The notes: generated from the letters alone by a model not told the origin. A stretch of 46,925 nucleotides of DNA from Opitutales bacterium (GCA_016933595.1 JAFGAQ010000024.1:1-46925); one strand, 5' to 3'. Shown: positions 37,300 to 46,387, numbered from the stretch's first letter. Numbers and translations are program-made.

Positions 37300-37614
37300 T
37301 CAGTCGATATGGAATACTTCCCTCAGGTCCTGTGAGACCGGGCTGTTGTCGGGATTTGATGGCATGATGTCACCCATGTGTTTCCACCAGCGCTGGCAGA
37401 TCTCCGTGGATGCGATGGCGGCCCATCGTTCCTCATCTTCGATCTCGACATACCCAAACAGTTGCCGGGTATCGGGATGGAGAAAAATGGAGTAGTTGTG
37501 CCCTCCGTTGGCTTTAAGGGTTTCCTGGAGTTCCTTCCAGATCGGGTTGTGTCGCGCTTCATATTCTTGCTCACAACCTGCGTTGACTGACATCACAAAT
37601 GCTTTTCGGATCAT
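37300..37614 (-). CDS. rhaM: L-rhamnose mutarotase
   Basis: The 104-aa product [45 protein letters not shown]...[32 protein letters not shown] is near-colinear with E. coli RhaM/YiiL as I remember it. The ORF-track 5' extension to 37839 was discarded. Confidence 0.9.
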   Translation of the reverse strand: MIRKAFVMSVNAGCEQEYEARHNPIWKELQETLKANGGHNYSIFLHPDTRQLFGYVEIEDEERWAAIASTEICQRWWKHMGDIMPSNPDNSPVSQDLREVFHID

Positions 37615-37797
37615 GGGACTGGTTTTTTTGGGGGGTGAAATTGACGTTGGCGTGCTTTTGAAATCTGAGTCTTCCGGTCTTCTGACAACGCGGACAGGAT
37701 GATTCCTTGCTATGCATTGGCGCAGAATAATGAAAACGTCGCTGCCGAGTGCATCCCAGTGAAAATTGGTTTGAACCACAGAATCGAGTGCGCTACT

Positions 37798-37812
37798 ATC
37801 TGACAGTAAGAT
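37798..37812. promoter_or_regulatory. Operator-like palindrome ATCTGAC-A-GTAAGAT in the rhaM/LacI divergent region
   Basis: 6 of 7 symmetric pairs. Centre is 74 nt upstream of the LacI ATG 37879 and 191 nt upstream of the rhaM ATG 37614. Confidence 0.35.
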
Positions 37813-37878
37813 AAACTGAGGATTTCCGCCCGGATCCAATTGTGTTAATCACTCTGTCACCAAGATACCCCCCCATAT

Positions 37879-38904
37879 ATGGCTGTCAATTCCGTGAGAG
37901 AACTCGCCCGTAGGCTAGGGCTATCCCATACCACCGTTTCGGATGCGTTAAGAGACAGTCCGCGGGTCAAAAAGGCCACCAAGGAGCAGGTGTTGAAGGC
38001 TGCCCGGGAATTTGGATATCACTACAATCCGCTTGCAGGCGCCTTGATGTCGCAGATGCGCCGGGGAAGTGTGGAGACCTTTCGGGGCGACATTGCGGTG
38101 GTGGATCTTGAAGGGGCAAAAATGCGCCCGGAAGTGTTTGCCCGATTCCATAAAGAGGTGCTCCAAGGGGCGGAACGGGCGGCAAGGAAGATGGGGTTCA
38201 AAGTTGAGTTTTTTGCGCTCGGGAGTGAGGGGATTTCCGTGGATCGCCTGAATTCCATCCTTATTTCACGCGGGATCCGTGGCATCCTGATCCTTCCGGC
38301 CGGTTCTTCCCCGGATTTGTCGGTTTTGCAGTGGGATCATTTTTCGGGAGTATACACCGACTACATCATTGAGCACCCGGCCATCGATTCGGTTTGTTCG
38401 AATCACTACCGTTCGATGTTTCTGGTGATGAACCGCTTGGCGAGGATGGGATACCGTCGTCCGGGCTTGGTGATGCACAAGGCTCATGACGAACGGATCA
38501 TGCATCGTTGGGAAGCGGCATTCCGCATCTACCATGAATATCATACTGGTTTCACCAACATCGCGCCTCTGATGCTTGAGGAGTTGAATGAGGCCGATTT
38601 CAAGAGGTGGTTTCACGACACCAAGCCTGATGTCGTTCTGTGCCACCGCAACCGGGTGTTAAGGTGGATGCTCGAGCTTGGTGCAAAAGTGCCGGAGACT
38701 CACGGATTCTGTTGCCTGAATGTGAAGATGAGTCCGGTTCCAGTTGCAGGCTTGGATCTCCTTCCCTCGATGATCGGAGAGCGGGCCATGGAGCATCTCA
38801 ATTCCCTGATCTACACAAACCGGTGTGGTATTCCTGAAATGGCGTCTACCACAACCATTCCTTCTGTCTGGGTGGATGGTCCCACTCTGCGGCAAGTGGG
38901 ATAG
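37879..38904 (+). CDS. LacI-family transcriptional regulator
   Basis: HTH VRELARRLGLSHTTVSDALRDSPRVKKATKEQVLKAAREFGYHYNP followed by a sugar-binding-type core. Divergent from the rhaM operon. Confidence 0.85.
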   Translation: MAVNSVRELARRLGLSHTTVSDALRDSPRVKKATKEQVLKAAREFGYHYNPLAGALMSQMRRGSVETFRGDIAVVDLEGAKMRPEVFARFHKEVLQGAERAARKMGFKVEFFALGSEGISVDRLNSILISRGIRGILILPAGSSPDLSVLQWDHFSGVYTDYIIEHPAIDSVCSNHYRSMFLVMNRLARMGYRRPGLVMHKAHDERIMHRWEAAFRIYHEYHTGFTNIAPLMLEELNEADFKRWFHDTKPDVVLCHRNRVLRWMLELGAKVPETHGFCCLNVKMSPVPVAGLDLLPSMIGERAMEHLNSLIYTNRCGIPEMASTTTIPSVWVDGPTLRQVG

Positions 38905-38931
38905 TTTGCTGACTTTTGCCCCGTTTCGGGG

Positions 38932-39768
38932 TCACGATGGCCAATGCGATTGGATGTGCGCGACGCAATGCTCAACGGTGTCGGGCCCGGATTCCTCGAG
39001 TAGGATACTGATGCCGGGTTTGCTTTGGGCGATGAGCCCACAAAGTAAGCTGTAGTTGAGTTGCCCAAATCCGGTGGCCACCTGTTTGTAGGACCCGGTT
39101 TCAAGGGAGAAATCCTTTGCGTGAATGATGGCGATTTTGTCCCCATAGAGCTGAAAAGGCTCCTCGATCATGCGATCCTGGTCCCCATAGTTGTCCGATG
39201 AGATAAGGTTCACCGGGTCGTGGATAACCACAAGGTTGGGGGAGCGGATTTCATCCAGCAGACGTTTCATTTTGGCTGGAGTGGAGATGGTATGGTGGGT
39301 GACGGCCTCCACCGCTACCTTGACTCCAAATGCCTCTGCCTCAGTCACCAGTTCGGCGATGCTTCTGACAAGGGCCTGGAAGGTGGACTCGTCGCCGGTT
39401 CGTGGATCGACTGCATAGGCAGCATTGGGTGTTCCCGTTTCAAGGCCTACTAGACTCCCTCCCATATCTCCCACGTAGCGGAGATGGTCCTTGAAGAATT
39501 GCAGGAGTTCGTTGCGGGGGCCTTCGTCCGGGTGAACGGCGTTGATGTAGCACCCCAGAACCGCTATCTGCACATGATTTTCGCGGAAGCATTGACCGAT
39601 TTCCCATGCCAGTCCGGGGTTGAGCTCTCCCGGTTTGAGGCTGATTCCGGCAATCGCTTTGTTAATTGCCAGTTGCGCACAGCACAGGCCGAACCCGGCG
39701 AGCGAGGCGGCTAGCTTAGCGGGCGATGTTGTTCCGAAATCGTGGGCGCGTGCTCCAATCCTGATCAT
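38932..39768 (-). CDS. Sugar phosphate isomerase/epimerase (xylose-isomerase-like TIM barrel, AP_endonuc_2 superfamily)
   Basis: 278 aa. MIRIGARAHDFG start, a repeating beta/alpha pattern and conserved E/H/D positions (VAVEAVTHH, AIIHAKD, ILLEESG) typical of this fold. 14-nt gap after the upstream GH88/105-like gene. Confidence 0.65.
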   Translation of the reverse strand: MIRIGARAHDFGTTSPAKLAASLAGFGLCCAQLAINKAIAGISLKPGELNPGLAWEIGQCFRENHVQIAVLGCYINAVHPDEGPRNELLQFFKDHLRYVGDMGGSLVGLETGTPNAAYAVDPRTGDESTFQALVRSIAELVTEAEAFGVKVAVEAVTHHTISTPAKMKRLLDEIRSPNLVVIHDPVNLISSDNYGDQDRMIEEPFQLYGDKIAIIHAKDFSLETGSYKQVATGFGQLNYSLLCGLIAQSKPGISILLEESGPDTVEHCVAHIQSHWPS

Positions 39769-39782
39769 AGTTGGTCGATGGG

Positions 39783-41984
39783 TTATCTCTTTTGCTCAAG
39801 GTGGCGTTTTAGTTGGATGACTTCAACTCCTGCAAGAAGCACGATGCCAATTCCATGGGTGTCATTCAAGCGCGGGAGGAGTTCATTTTTGTAATAGTCC
39901 GGAGTAAACGAAAACTCCGACCCCCTGCATACACCGTAGATGTTTCCGTCCTGATCGATGGAGATTCGGTTGAGCGCAGTCCATGCCTTGAACACGGCTT
40001 GAATGTAGGTATCTGTCTGCTCAAGCCACCCAAACCGGATGCCCCGGGAGAATCCGTAGATGAACATGGCGGTGCACGAGGTTTCGGGATAGGCATCCGG
40101 GTGAGTGAGTACTTGATGCCACATGCCTTGCTCGTCCTGAAGGTTGAGTATTCCTGAGCATATTTCCCGGAAGAATTCCAGCAATTCCTGGCGGTGCACA
40201 TGATCTTCCGGCAAGACCGCCAATAGCTCGGAGAGGGAGAAGATGGTCCAACCATTCCCGCGTCCCCAAGGGACTCCGGTTGCCATATTGCGGCGCAGGT
40301 CAAACACGTGTGACATTACTTTTTGCTCCGGAATGTAGAGCCGTTTACGAAATCCCAGAAACTGCCTCGCCGCATCGTTGATGTATCGGATGTCCCCGGT
40401 CAACTGATAGTATCGGCAGAGGAAGGGTACACTCATGTAGAGGTCGTCGGCCCACATGGTGTTCTCGTGAAATGCGTGCATCATGTCCCTTCGATAGAAC
40501 GTGCCATCCGGAAAACGGTCCTGTTTGTTTGATACGTAATCTGCCACAAAATGGGCAATATCAGTATATCCGTTGAGCTCAGTATGTTTGGCAACCTCAA
40601 GCATACAGGAGCCAAACGATCCGCAGTCGTCCAGACTGTCGATACTGGATAGCAAACGATGGACGTGCGTGGGTCCTCCAAATTGGGAGCGGTCCCATTT
40701 CGAATAGGGGTAGGTCGTGCAACACACCTGAACATGATCCCGGACGTAGTCGACCACATCCTGCGACTGCAGCGAAAGCCCCGCATGCAGTAATCCGTAA
40801 ACCGTCACTCCGAGAGGATAGTTCCAGCGTCCGAAAAGCGGGTTGTCGTTGTAGATGCGGAGATAGGTGTCCGGTGCATCGAGGCGCCAGTATCCCGGAC
40901 CACTAATGGTATGGTGGATCTTGAATAAGTCCCTCAATGATGCCGTTTCCGGATCTTTGGCTGGATCGAAAGGTCCCGCATGCAGCCATGTTTGAGAGCT
41001 GCCTTTCATCGCACATGGAGACTCCGTTTGGAGAAATTTACCGTTAGTCTCGATATCCAGATCGAAGCCCCATCCATCTGTGTTTCCGGTTACGCAGACC
41101 ATGATGTCGTTCCGCCCGGGTTGGATGTGTGTTTTCTCGGAGAACGATCCGAGCGGCTCCATCTCAACGACGGTATCGTTGTTCAGTAAGATCCGGGTTT
41201 TGCCTTTGAAGTGGCCTTTGAGCGTTACTTCCACCGGTTCTGTCTCATGATTGTCAACCACCGTCCACGCGATCGCCAGTTTATCATAATAGGACCCATA
41301 GATGCGCGTGAAGCGGTCTTTGATTTCCAATTCCGCAGACCAGTTCATATGAGGATTCCAATCGATGCCCGTCTCGGATTCCGTCTGGCCGATCGTTGGG
41401 AGAATCTCGAAATCAGAGCCGTGGGGATCTGTATACAGCCATCCCTCCTGTCCTTGCCGGTCTGCGGATGGCATCATGAAGACGTAGGGATGCTTTCCCA
41501 GCCAGGATCCGAGTATCCACCCAAAGCCGCCGCGTGTCTTTTTCGCGATGACCACAAAGGAGTTCCAGCCTTTTTTCAACGCGATCGTAACACGGTTCCG
41601 CTTGTCCGGATATCGTTCGGAAAAAATGTTGGAACGCCACGCTTGATCGCCGTTTACCATGACCCGGATGGGTCCGAAGCAATTGATGTCAAACATCAGT
41701 TCTGAATCATCCGGTACCCACATCATGGACCAAGCCGTCACGCACTGTTCATTCTGCGCATCCGGAAACAGTGCACCGAAGTCTGCCAAGTAGCGGTAGT
41801 CGCTTGCGCATAGGATTCCCCGAAAGCAGAAAGCCCGGAAATCCACAGGGGCGCGCGGGTTGAGTTCGGTGTAACGATTCACAATGATGGACAGCGTGGT
41901 TTCAGGCCGATCAGTGGCTATGCGTGCCATGCATTTGTTCTCATCAAAATAGTATCCTGCAGAAGAGGTGGATGCTTTGTTCAT
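39783..41984 (-). CDS. Cytoplasmic GH88/GH105-like unsaturated uronyl hydrolase with a ~380-aa N-terminal beta-sandwich-like extension
   Basis: C-terminal half has the family hallmark VPWGRGNGWTIFSLSELL in an (alpha/alpha)6-like sequence. The N-terminal half is beta-rich (IRVMVNGDQAWRS..., VTLKGHFKGKTRILLNNDTVV). No signal peptide. Start at ATG 41984 (or 42050). Confidence 0.65.
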   Translation of the reverse strand: MNKASTSSAGYYFDENKCMARIATDRPETTLSIIVNRYTELNPRAPVDFRAFCFRGILCASDYRYLADFGALFPDAQNEQCVTAWSMMWVPDDSELMFDINCFGPIRVMVNGDQAWRSNIFSERYPDKRNRVTIALKKGWNSFVVIAKKTRGGFGWILGSWLGKHPYVFMMPSADRQGQEGWLYTDPHGSDFEILPTIGQTESETGIDWNPHMNWSAELEIKDRFTRIYGSYYDKLAIAWTVVDNHETEPVEVTLKGHFKGKTRILLNNDTVVEMEPLGSFSEKTHIQPGRNDIMVCVTGNTDGWGFDLDIETNGKFLQTESPCAMKGSSQTWLHAGPFDPAKDPETASLRDLFKIHHTISGPGYWRLDAPDTYLRIYNDNPLFGRWNYPLGVTVYGLLHAGLSLQSQDVVDYVRDHVQVCCTTYPYSKWDRSQFGGPTHVHRLLSSIDSLDDCGSFGSCMLEVAKHTELNGYTDIAHFVADYVSNKQDRFPDGTFYRRDMMHAFHENTMWADDLYMSVPFLCRYYQLTGDIRYINDAARQFLGFRKRLYIPEQKVMSHVFDLRRNMATGVPWGRGNGWTIFSLSELLAVLPEDHVHRQELLEFFREICSGILNLQDEQGMWHQVLTHPDAYPETSCTAMFIYGFSRGIRFGWLEQTDTYIQAVFKAWTALNRISIDQDGNIYGVCRGSEFSFTPDYYKNELLPRLNDTHGIGIVLLAGVEVIQLKRHLEQKR

Positions 41985-42123
41985 TGCTTGGATATTCAGT
42001 CGTTTGGATACGGAATTCCCGGAATGGAAAGAATAGGGATGCCTTTTCAAATACTAATCCCCATGCAGGGGTCACGATGCCCGAATGTGCCCATCCGTAT
42101 GATGGGCCTCAACCCTCTTTCAT

Positions 42124-42136
42124 TCTTACAGTAAGA
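42124..42136. promoter_or_regulatory. Perfect operator-like palindrome TCTTAC-A-GTAAGA
   Basis: 6 of 6 symmetric pairs. Lies in the divergent region between the GH88/105-like operon and the TonB-dependent receptor gene. Confidence 0.35.
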
Positions 42137-42277
42137 TTGGCCGATAGCCTAGCGTTCAGCGGTAACGGAACACCGAATCATCCTCCTGAAAAAGCATATC
42201 GGCTTGTCTGCGCGGCACGCACACCCGCGTCTGATGGGCTATTGTGTCGATACAATGAGAAGACAAAGAAATGCCGA

Positions 42278-42290
42278 TCTTACTGTCCGA
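42278..42290. promoter_or_regulatory. Operator-like motif TCTTAC-T-GTCCGA
   Basis: 4 of 6 symmetric pairs; second copy of the motif in the same divergent region, 154 nt from the first. Confidence 0.25.
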
Positions 42291-42626
42291 ATTCGGGTCG
42301 GTTGCAACTGCAGCAACTATCTTTTTTTTGTTTGGTAGATTCGGTTGATTCGCCAGCCGTTTTGGTGTTTTTCACCCCTCCCTAATAACAACGACCCAAT
42401 TGTAACCCAAATTCTAACTCCATTGAGCGGGAACCCAGCTCGATGTTCCTGACAATCCCATCTTTATTCGATGCAAGACTGGACCTTTGGTTCAGTCACG
42501 TGTCTCGACCTAACCCCAAGAATTTCCCAACCGTATTCCCATGTGACTGGTTTTCAGGTCAAGTTGCAGTGTCCCTTAACCGACATGTGAATGCGGTGAC
42601 GACTATCTCCACAACAACATAACAAT

Positions 42627-45600
42627 ATGAAATCGATTATACCTCGAAACCCGAAGCTCAGGTGTTCATCCACTGTGCTTTGCGCCTGCCTTGTGGCCGG
42701 GCCGTCTCTCTGGGCTCAGACCCAGAATGACCTTGCGGACGAAGACGTCTTCGAGTTGTCTCCGTTTGAAATCAAATCATCTGAAGCCGACATTGGTTAT
42801 TTTACTGAGAACACCACTGCGGGTAGCCGTTTGAACACCAAGCTGAGCGATCTGGCGGCCTCCATTACTGTTGTGTCCTTGCAGCAGATCGATGACACCG
42901 CATCAGTGGACGTTAACGATGTTTTCCGATATGAATTGAACACGGAAGGTGCATCAACCTATACGCCCTCGGTCCAATCGCTGCGTAATGACGGGGTGGT
43001 GGATACGATTGCCGGTTATACCCACGGTGGAACAGGTTCTCCTCAGACTACGGTGACTGCGAATCGTGTGCGTGGTATCGGCGCGCCGGACCGGACAACA
43101 AACTACTATCTGTCGGTTCCCAATCTCCCCTTCGATACCTACAACATCCAATCTCTTGAAATCAATCGGGGTCCGAACTCCATGATCTTCGGTTTGGGTA
43201 GCCCTGCAGGTATCGTTAATGTCTCGACGGCCAATGCCTATCTAGGGAAAGAAGAAAATAGGCTGTCGTTGAGGCTGGATGATCGCGGTTCTCAGCGTGC
43301 CAGTTTCTCGTTTAACCGCCCGTTGCACGAAAAGGTCGCTGTTTACGGCGCCTTCATGCACAATGATCAGCAGTTTGTAAGAAAACCGTCGTATGACCGG
43401 ACGACCCGTGCTTACGGTGCCGTAACTTTTCAGCCGATGCGCGGTTCCCGTATCCGCTTCAATATCGAGCATTACGACAACGAAAACCGTCGGCCCAATA
43501 ACCTGACACCACGCGATGCGGTGTCTCCGTGGATCAATGCGGGTATGCCGAGTTACGATCCGACCACGCTCGAAGTGACATTGGCGGCTACGGGTCAGAA
43601 CCTGGGACCCTATGTCATGAATGCCGGATCAGCGCAGGCAGATCGTGTCCGTGAGTGGATCATGGCACAGCCGGGATACGACGCTTCACTATGGAGCGCC
43701 GATCAGACAAAGTACGATGGTTACGCGATCTTCGGGGGGGGCGCGATGACCAACACGAGTTCCAGTCGTTTTGTGCCTGGACTGACCTTTGTTAACAGTG
43801 GCCGTCCCACGATGCAGATCGCAGGCGGGGAAGTTGTGAACTGGTTTGCAAGTTCATATGGACAATACCGTGAAGTATACGGCACAGATGCAAATCCGGC
43901 GGCCAATGCGGCATTGGTGCCTACCACTGCGCAGATCTATTCCACTCCCGAGTGGGACCAGGTCTACAATCAGCTTTGGTCGGCTTCCGCTTTGCTTCCG
44001 GCCCCATCGGGTATCGGCAGCTATCGCTATCCGGGGGTTACCGACAAATCGATCTATGACTGGGAGGAGACCAACATCAACCAGATGAATTTTGGTAACG
44101 ACGAGGCAATCACCTATAATCTGGAATTTGACCAGGAACTGATCAAGGACTTGCTCAACGTCAATGCGGGTTATTTCCATCAGGATTTCAAATCGACCAC
44201 CAACTACACCGTGGCACAGCTCAATGTCACCACCTTGTTTGTGGACACCAATGTGCGTTTGCCGGACGGTCGCCCGAATCCGATGTATGGCTTGCCGTAT
44301 GTGGAGGATTTCGATCCTGACCAATTCTATAATCGCACGACCAACGATCACTATCGCGCCATGATCGCCTTTACTCCGAATTTCACGGAAAAAGAAGGAG
44401 TCTTGGGCTGGTTGGGTCGTCACCAATTGGTGGGTATGGTTTCCCGCTTCGACTCTATGCACGAGTTCCAGCGCCGTCGCTGGAATTTCACATCCGGTGA
44501 AGAAGTCACCAACGGGACCATCCGTTGGTTGAAGAACCCCAATAACGATGCCAGTGGAAATCCCACGGGATGGAATTTCGAAAATACTTCGATTCGTCGT
44601 GCGTATTACCTGGCAAAGCCGGGCGATCCATTTGGTAAGGTCACGCGTGGCTCAGGTGAGTGGGATTACAGCTCTTACAACGGTGATGTGCTGACCTACA
44701 GCTATGGTGGCAACCGTTGGGAAGGAGTGAACATGACCCAAGGTTACAACCTCCATTCAGCCAGTACTGCTCGGAATGACCGTCGTGTCGATACATTGAA
44801 GGCGGGGATCACCAGTTACTTGTGGAACGATCGCATCGTCACTACCTTCGGTGTCAGTAAAGATGAGTATAAGGCTCGTTCGACGACGGTGGGTGCCATC
44901 ACAAATGCTGATGGAAGTGTCACCCCTGCTGTGACCAATGCTGAGAAATGGGTGGATGGTCTTTACCAGTGGGATACCCTCAAGAACCGATGGAATGTGT
45001 GGGACGAACTTGAAGGAACTACCACCACTATGGGTGGCGTATTCTTCCCCTTCAAAAACTGGGGGTCGGTAGGAGAAAGGGCATCCAGAGGAGAATTCTG
45101 GGGTGGATTACTCCAGAATCTCGGCTTCCACTACAATGAGTCTGAGAACTTCAATCCTCCCTCCGCTGCTCAGGTGGATGCGTTTGGCACGCCATTGCCC
45201 AAGCCGACAGGTGAAGGTAAGGATTACGGGGTACAGGCAACCTTGTTTGACGGCAAACTCTATGCCCGTTTGACCTGGTTTGAAGCAACCAACGAAAACG
45301 AGCGCACCAACCCGGGAACCTCGATCAGCCGTTTGGTTGGTAACGTGGATACCACCTTGTTCCGCAATTGGGCACGCACCATTGCCTTGATCAATACCGG
45401 GCGTGATCCGACAACTGATGGTTGGGACGAAGTTCCGGCCGAGGAGGAAGCTTCCATTGAGGCCGCTGCTTCTGCAATCTGGGGGATGGATTACGACTAT
45501 TACGATAATCTTCCGGGTGGAATCTATGCGACCCGTTCGGCAGAAGCCGAAGGGATTGAGTTCCAAATGACATACAACCCGATGCGCAACTGGACGATCC

Positions 45601-46313
45601 GTTTTTCTGCCAGTAAGCAGGAAACGAAGTACAGCAATGTGTTGAAAGAGTTTGACGATTGGTATTCCTATCGTTCGGAGGCATGGAACAATGCGCGCGC
45701 TGCGGATTTTCTGAAGCCGGAGTATCAGCACTTTGCCAAATACACATCCTTCGGTGGTCGCGAAGTGGATCTCACATCATTCTGGGGTAGTTATGGTTAC
45801 CGTCCCGAAACCCGTTTGGATGAACCGAATGGTTACTACAATAATCAGCTCTATTATGACGGGGTGGTGACTCCGCAGTATGCGTTGGCCAGCGATCTCG
45901 AAGGTCAGGTTGCTCCGGGACAACGCAAATACCGCTGGAATATCGTGACCAACTATGCGTTCGAAGAAGGCAAGCTTGCCAACTTCAGTGTGGGTGGTGC
46001 GATTCGCTGGGAAGACGAAGCCATTATCGGTTACTACGGAAAGGCAAATCCGGGAAGTGGGTCCGATGCGCTCGTGCTCTCCGATGTCAATCGTCCAATC
46101 TATGACGATGCTCAGACCTACACCGACCTGTGGTTCGCCTATCGCACGAAGATATGGAAAGACAAAGTCAACATGAAGATCCAGCTCAACATCGTTAACG
46201 TGTTTGAAGATGGAGACCTGCGCGTGGTAGGCGTCAACTACGATGGATCGGCAAACGCATACCGCATCATCGATCCGCGCCAGTTCATCCTGACCGCATC
46301 GTTTGATTTCTGA
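42627..46313 (+). CDS. TonB-dependent outer-membrane receptor (large, 1228 aa)
   Basis: Signal peptide, then a plug lead-in DEDVFELSPFEIKSSE...TENTTAGSRLNTKLSDLAASITVVSLQQIDD, NRVRGIG...IQSLEINRGPNSMIFGLGSPAGIVN, a long beta-barrel and a terminal aromatic residue (LTASFDF). Confidence 0.85.
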   Translation: MKSIIPRNPKLRCSSTVLCACLVAGPSLWAQTQNDLADEDVFELSPFEIKSSEADIGYFTENTTAGSRLNTKLSDLAASITVVSLQQIDDTASVDVNDVFRYELNTEGASTYTPSVQSLRNDGVVDTIAGYTHGGTGSPQTTVTANRVRGIGAPDRTTNYYLSVPNLPFDTYNIQSLEINRGPNSMIFGLGSPAGIVNVSTANAYLGKEENRLSLRLDDRGSQRASFSFNRPLHEKVAVYGAFMHNDQQFVRKPSYDRTTRAYGAVTFQPMRGSRIRFNIEHYDNENRRPNNLTPRDAVSPWINAGMPSYDPTTLEVTLAATGQNLGPYVMNAGSAQADRVREWIMAQPGYDASLWSADQTKYDGYAIFGGGAMTNTSSSRFVPGLTFVNSGRPTMQIAGGEVVNWFASSYGQYREVYGTDANPAANAALVPTTAQIYSTPEWDQVYNQLWSASALLPAPSGIGSYRYPGVTDKSIYDWEETNINQMNFGNDEAITYNLEFDQELIKDLLNVNAGYFHQDFKSTTNYTVAQLNVTTLFVDTNVRLPDGRPNPMYGLPYVEDFDPDQFYNRTTNDHYRAMIAFTPNFTEKEGVLGWLGRHQLVGMVSRFDSMHEFQRRRWNFTSGEEVTNGTIRWLKNPNNDASGNPTGWNFENTSIRRAYYLAKPGDPFGKVTRGSGEWDYSSYNGDVLTYSYGGNRWEGVNMTQGYNLHSASTARNDRRVDTLKAGITSYLWNDRIVTTFGVSKDEYKARSTTVGAITNADGSVTPAVTNAEKWVDGLYQWDTLKNRWNVWDELEGTTTTMGGVFFPFKNWGSVGERASRGEFWGGLLQNLGFHYNESENFNPPSAAQVDAFGTPLPKPTGEGKDYGVQATLFDGKLYARLTWFEATNENERTNPGTSISRLVGNVDTTLFRNWARTIALINTGRDPTTDGWDEVPAEEEASIEAAASAIWGMDYDYYDNLPGGIYATRSAEAEGIEFQMTYNPMRNWTIRFSASKQETKYSNVLKEFDDWYSYRSEAWNNARAADFLKPEYQHFAKYTSFGGREVDLTSFWGSYGYRPETRLDEPNGYYNNQLYYDGVVTPQYALASDLEGQVAPGQRKYRWNIVTNYAFEEGKLANFSVGGAIRWEDEAIIGYYGKANPGSGSDALVLSDVNRPIYDDAQTYTDLWFAYRTKIWKDKVNMKIQLNIVNVFEDGDLRVVGVNYDGSANAYRIIDPRQFILTASFDF

Positions 46314-46358
46314 TGCTGTTGTAAGAGATCTGAGTTAATAGACTCTGGTTTCTCAGAA

Positions 46359-46387
46359 ACCCGTCCGGCACCGGACGGGTTTTTTTG
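46359..46387 (+). terminator. Rho-independent terminator after the TonB-dependent receptor gene
   Basis: ACCCGTCCGG-CA-CCGGACGGGT (effective 8-bp GC-rich stem) followed by TTTTTTT. Confidence 0.75.

Noticed and set aside
38918-38932. Small hairpin GCCCCG-TTT-CGGGGT between the convergent LacI and isomerase genes, considered as a bidirectional terminator
   Set aside because: The stem is only 5-6 bp, there is no U-tract on either strand, and it overlaps the isomerase stop codon. Too weak to call.
41924-42385. 153-aa plus-strand ORF in the receptor upstream region
   Set aside because: It overlaps the 5' end of the GH88/105-like gene on the opposite strand. It is Cys/Ser/Pro-rich with no recognisable features, and it runs through the operator-like sites and the T8 run. 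Judged non-coding.
43734-43741. G8 homopolymer inside the receptor gene (codons GGG GGG GGC), and a C8/G8 run at 34660-34667 inside the 902-aa gene, considered as phase-variation tracts
   Set aside because: A rough estimate from base composition is that a few 8-nt G/C runs are expected by chance in 47 kb of this GC content. Both encode Gly-Gly in frame and nothing suggests length variation. Only population or long-read data could show slippage.
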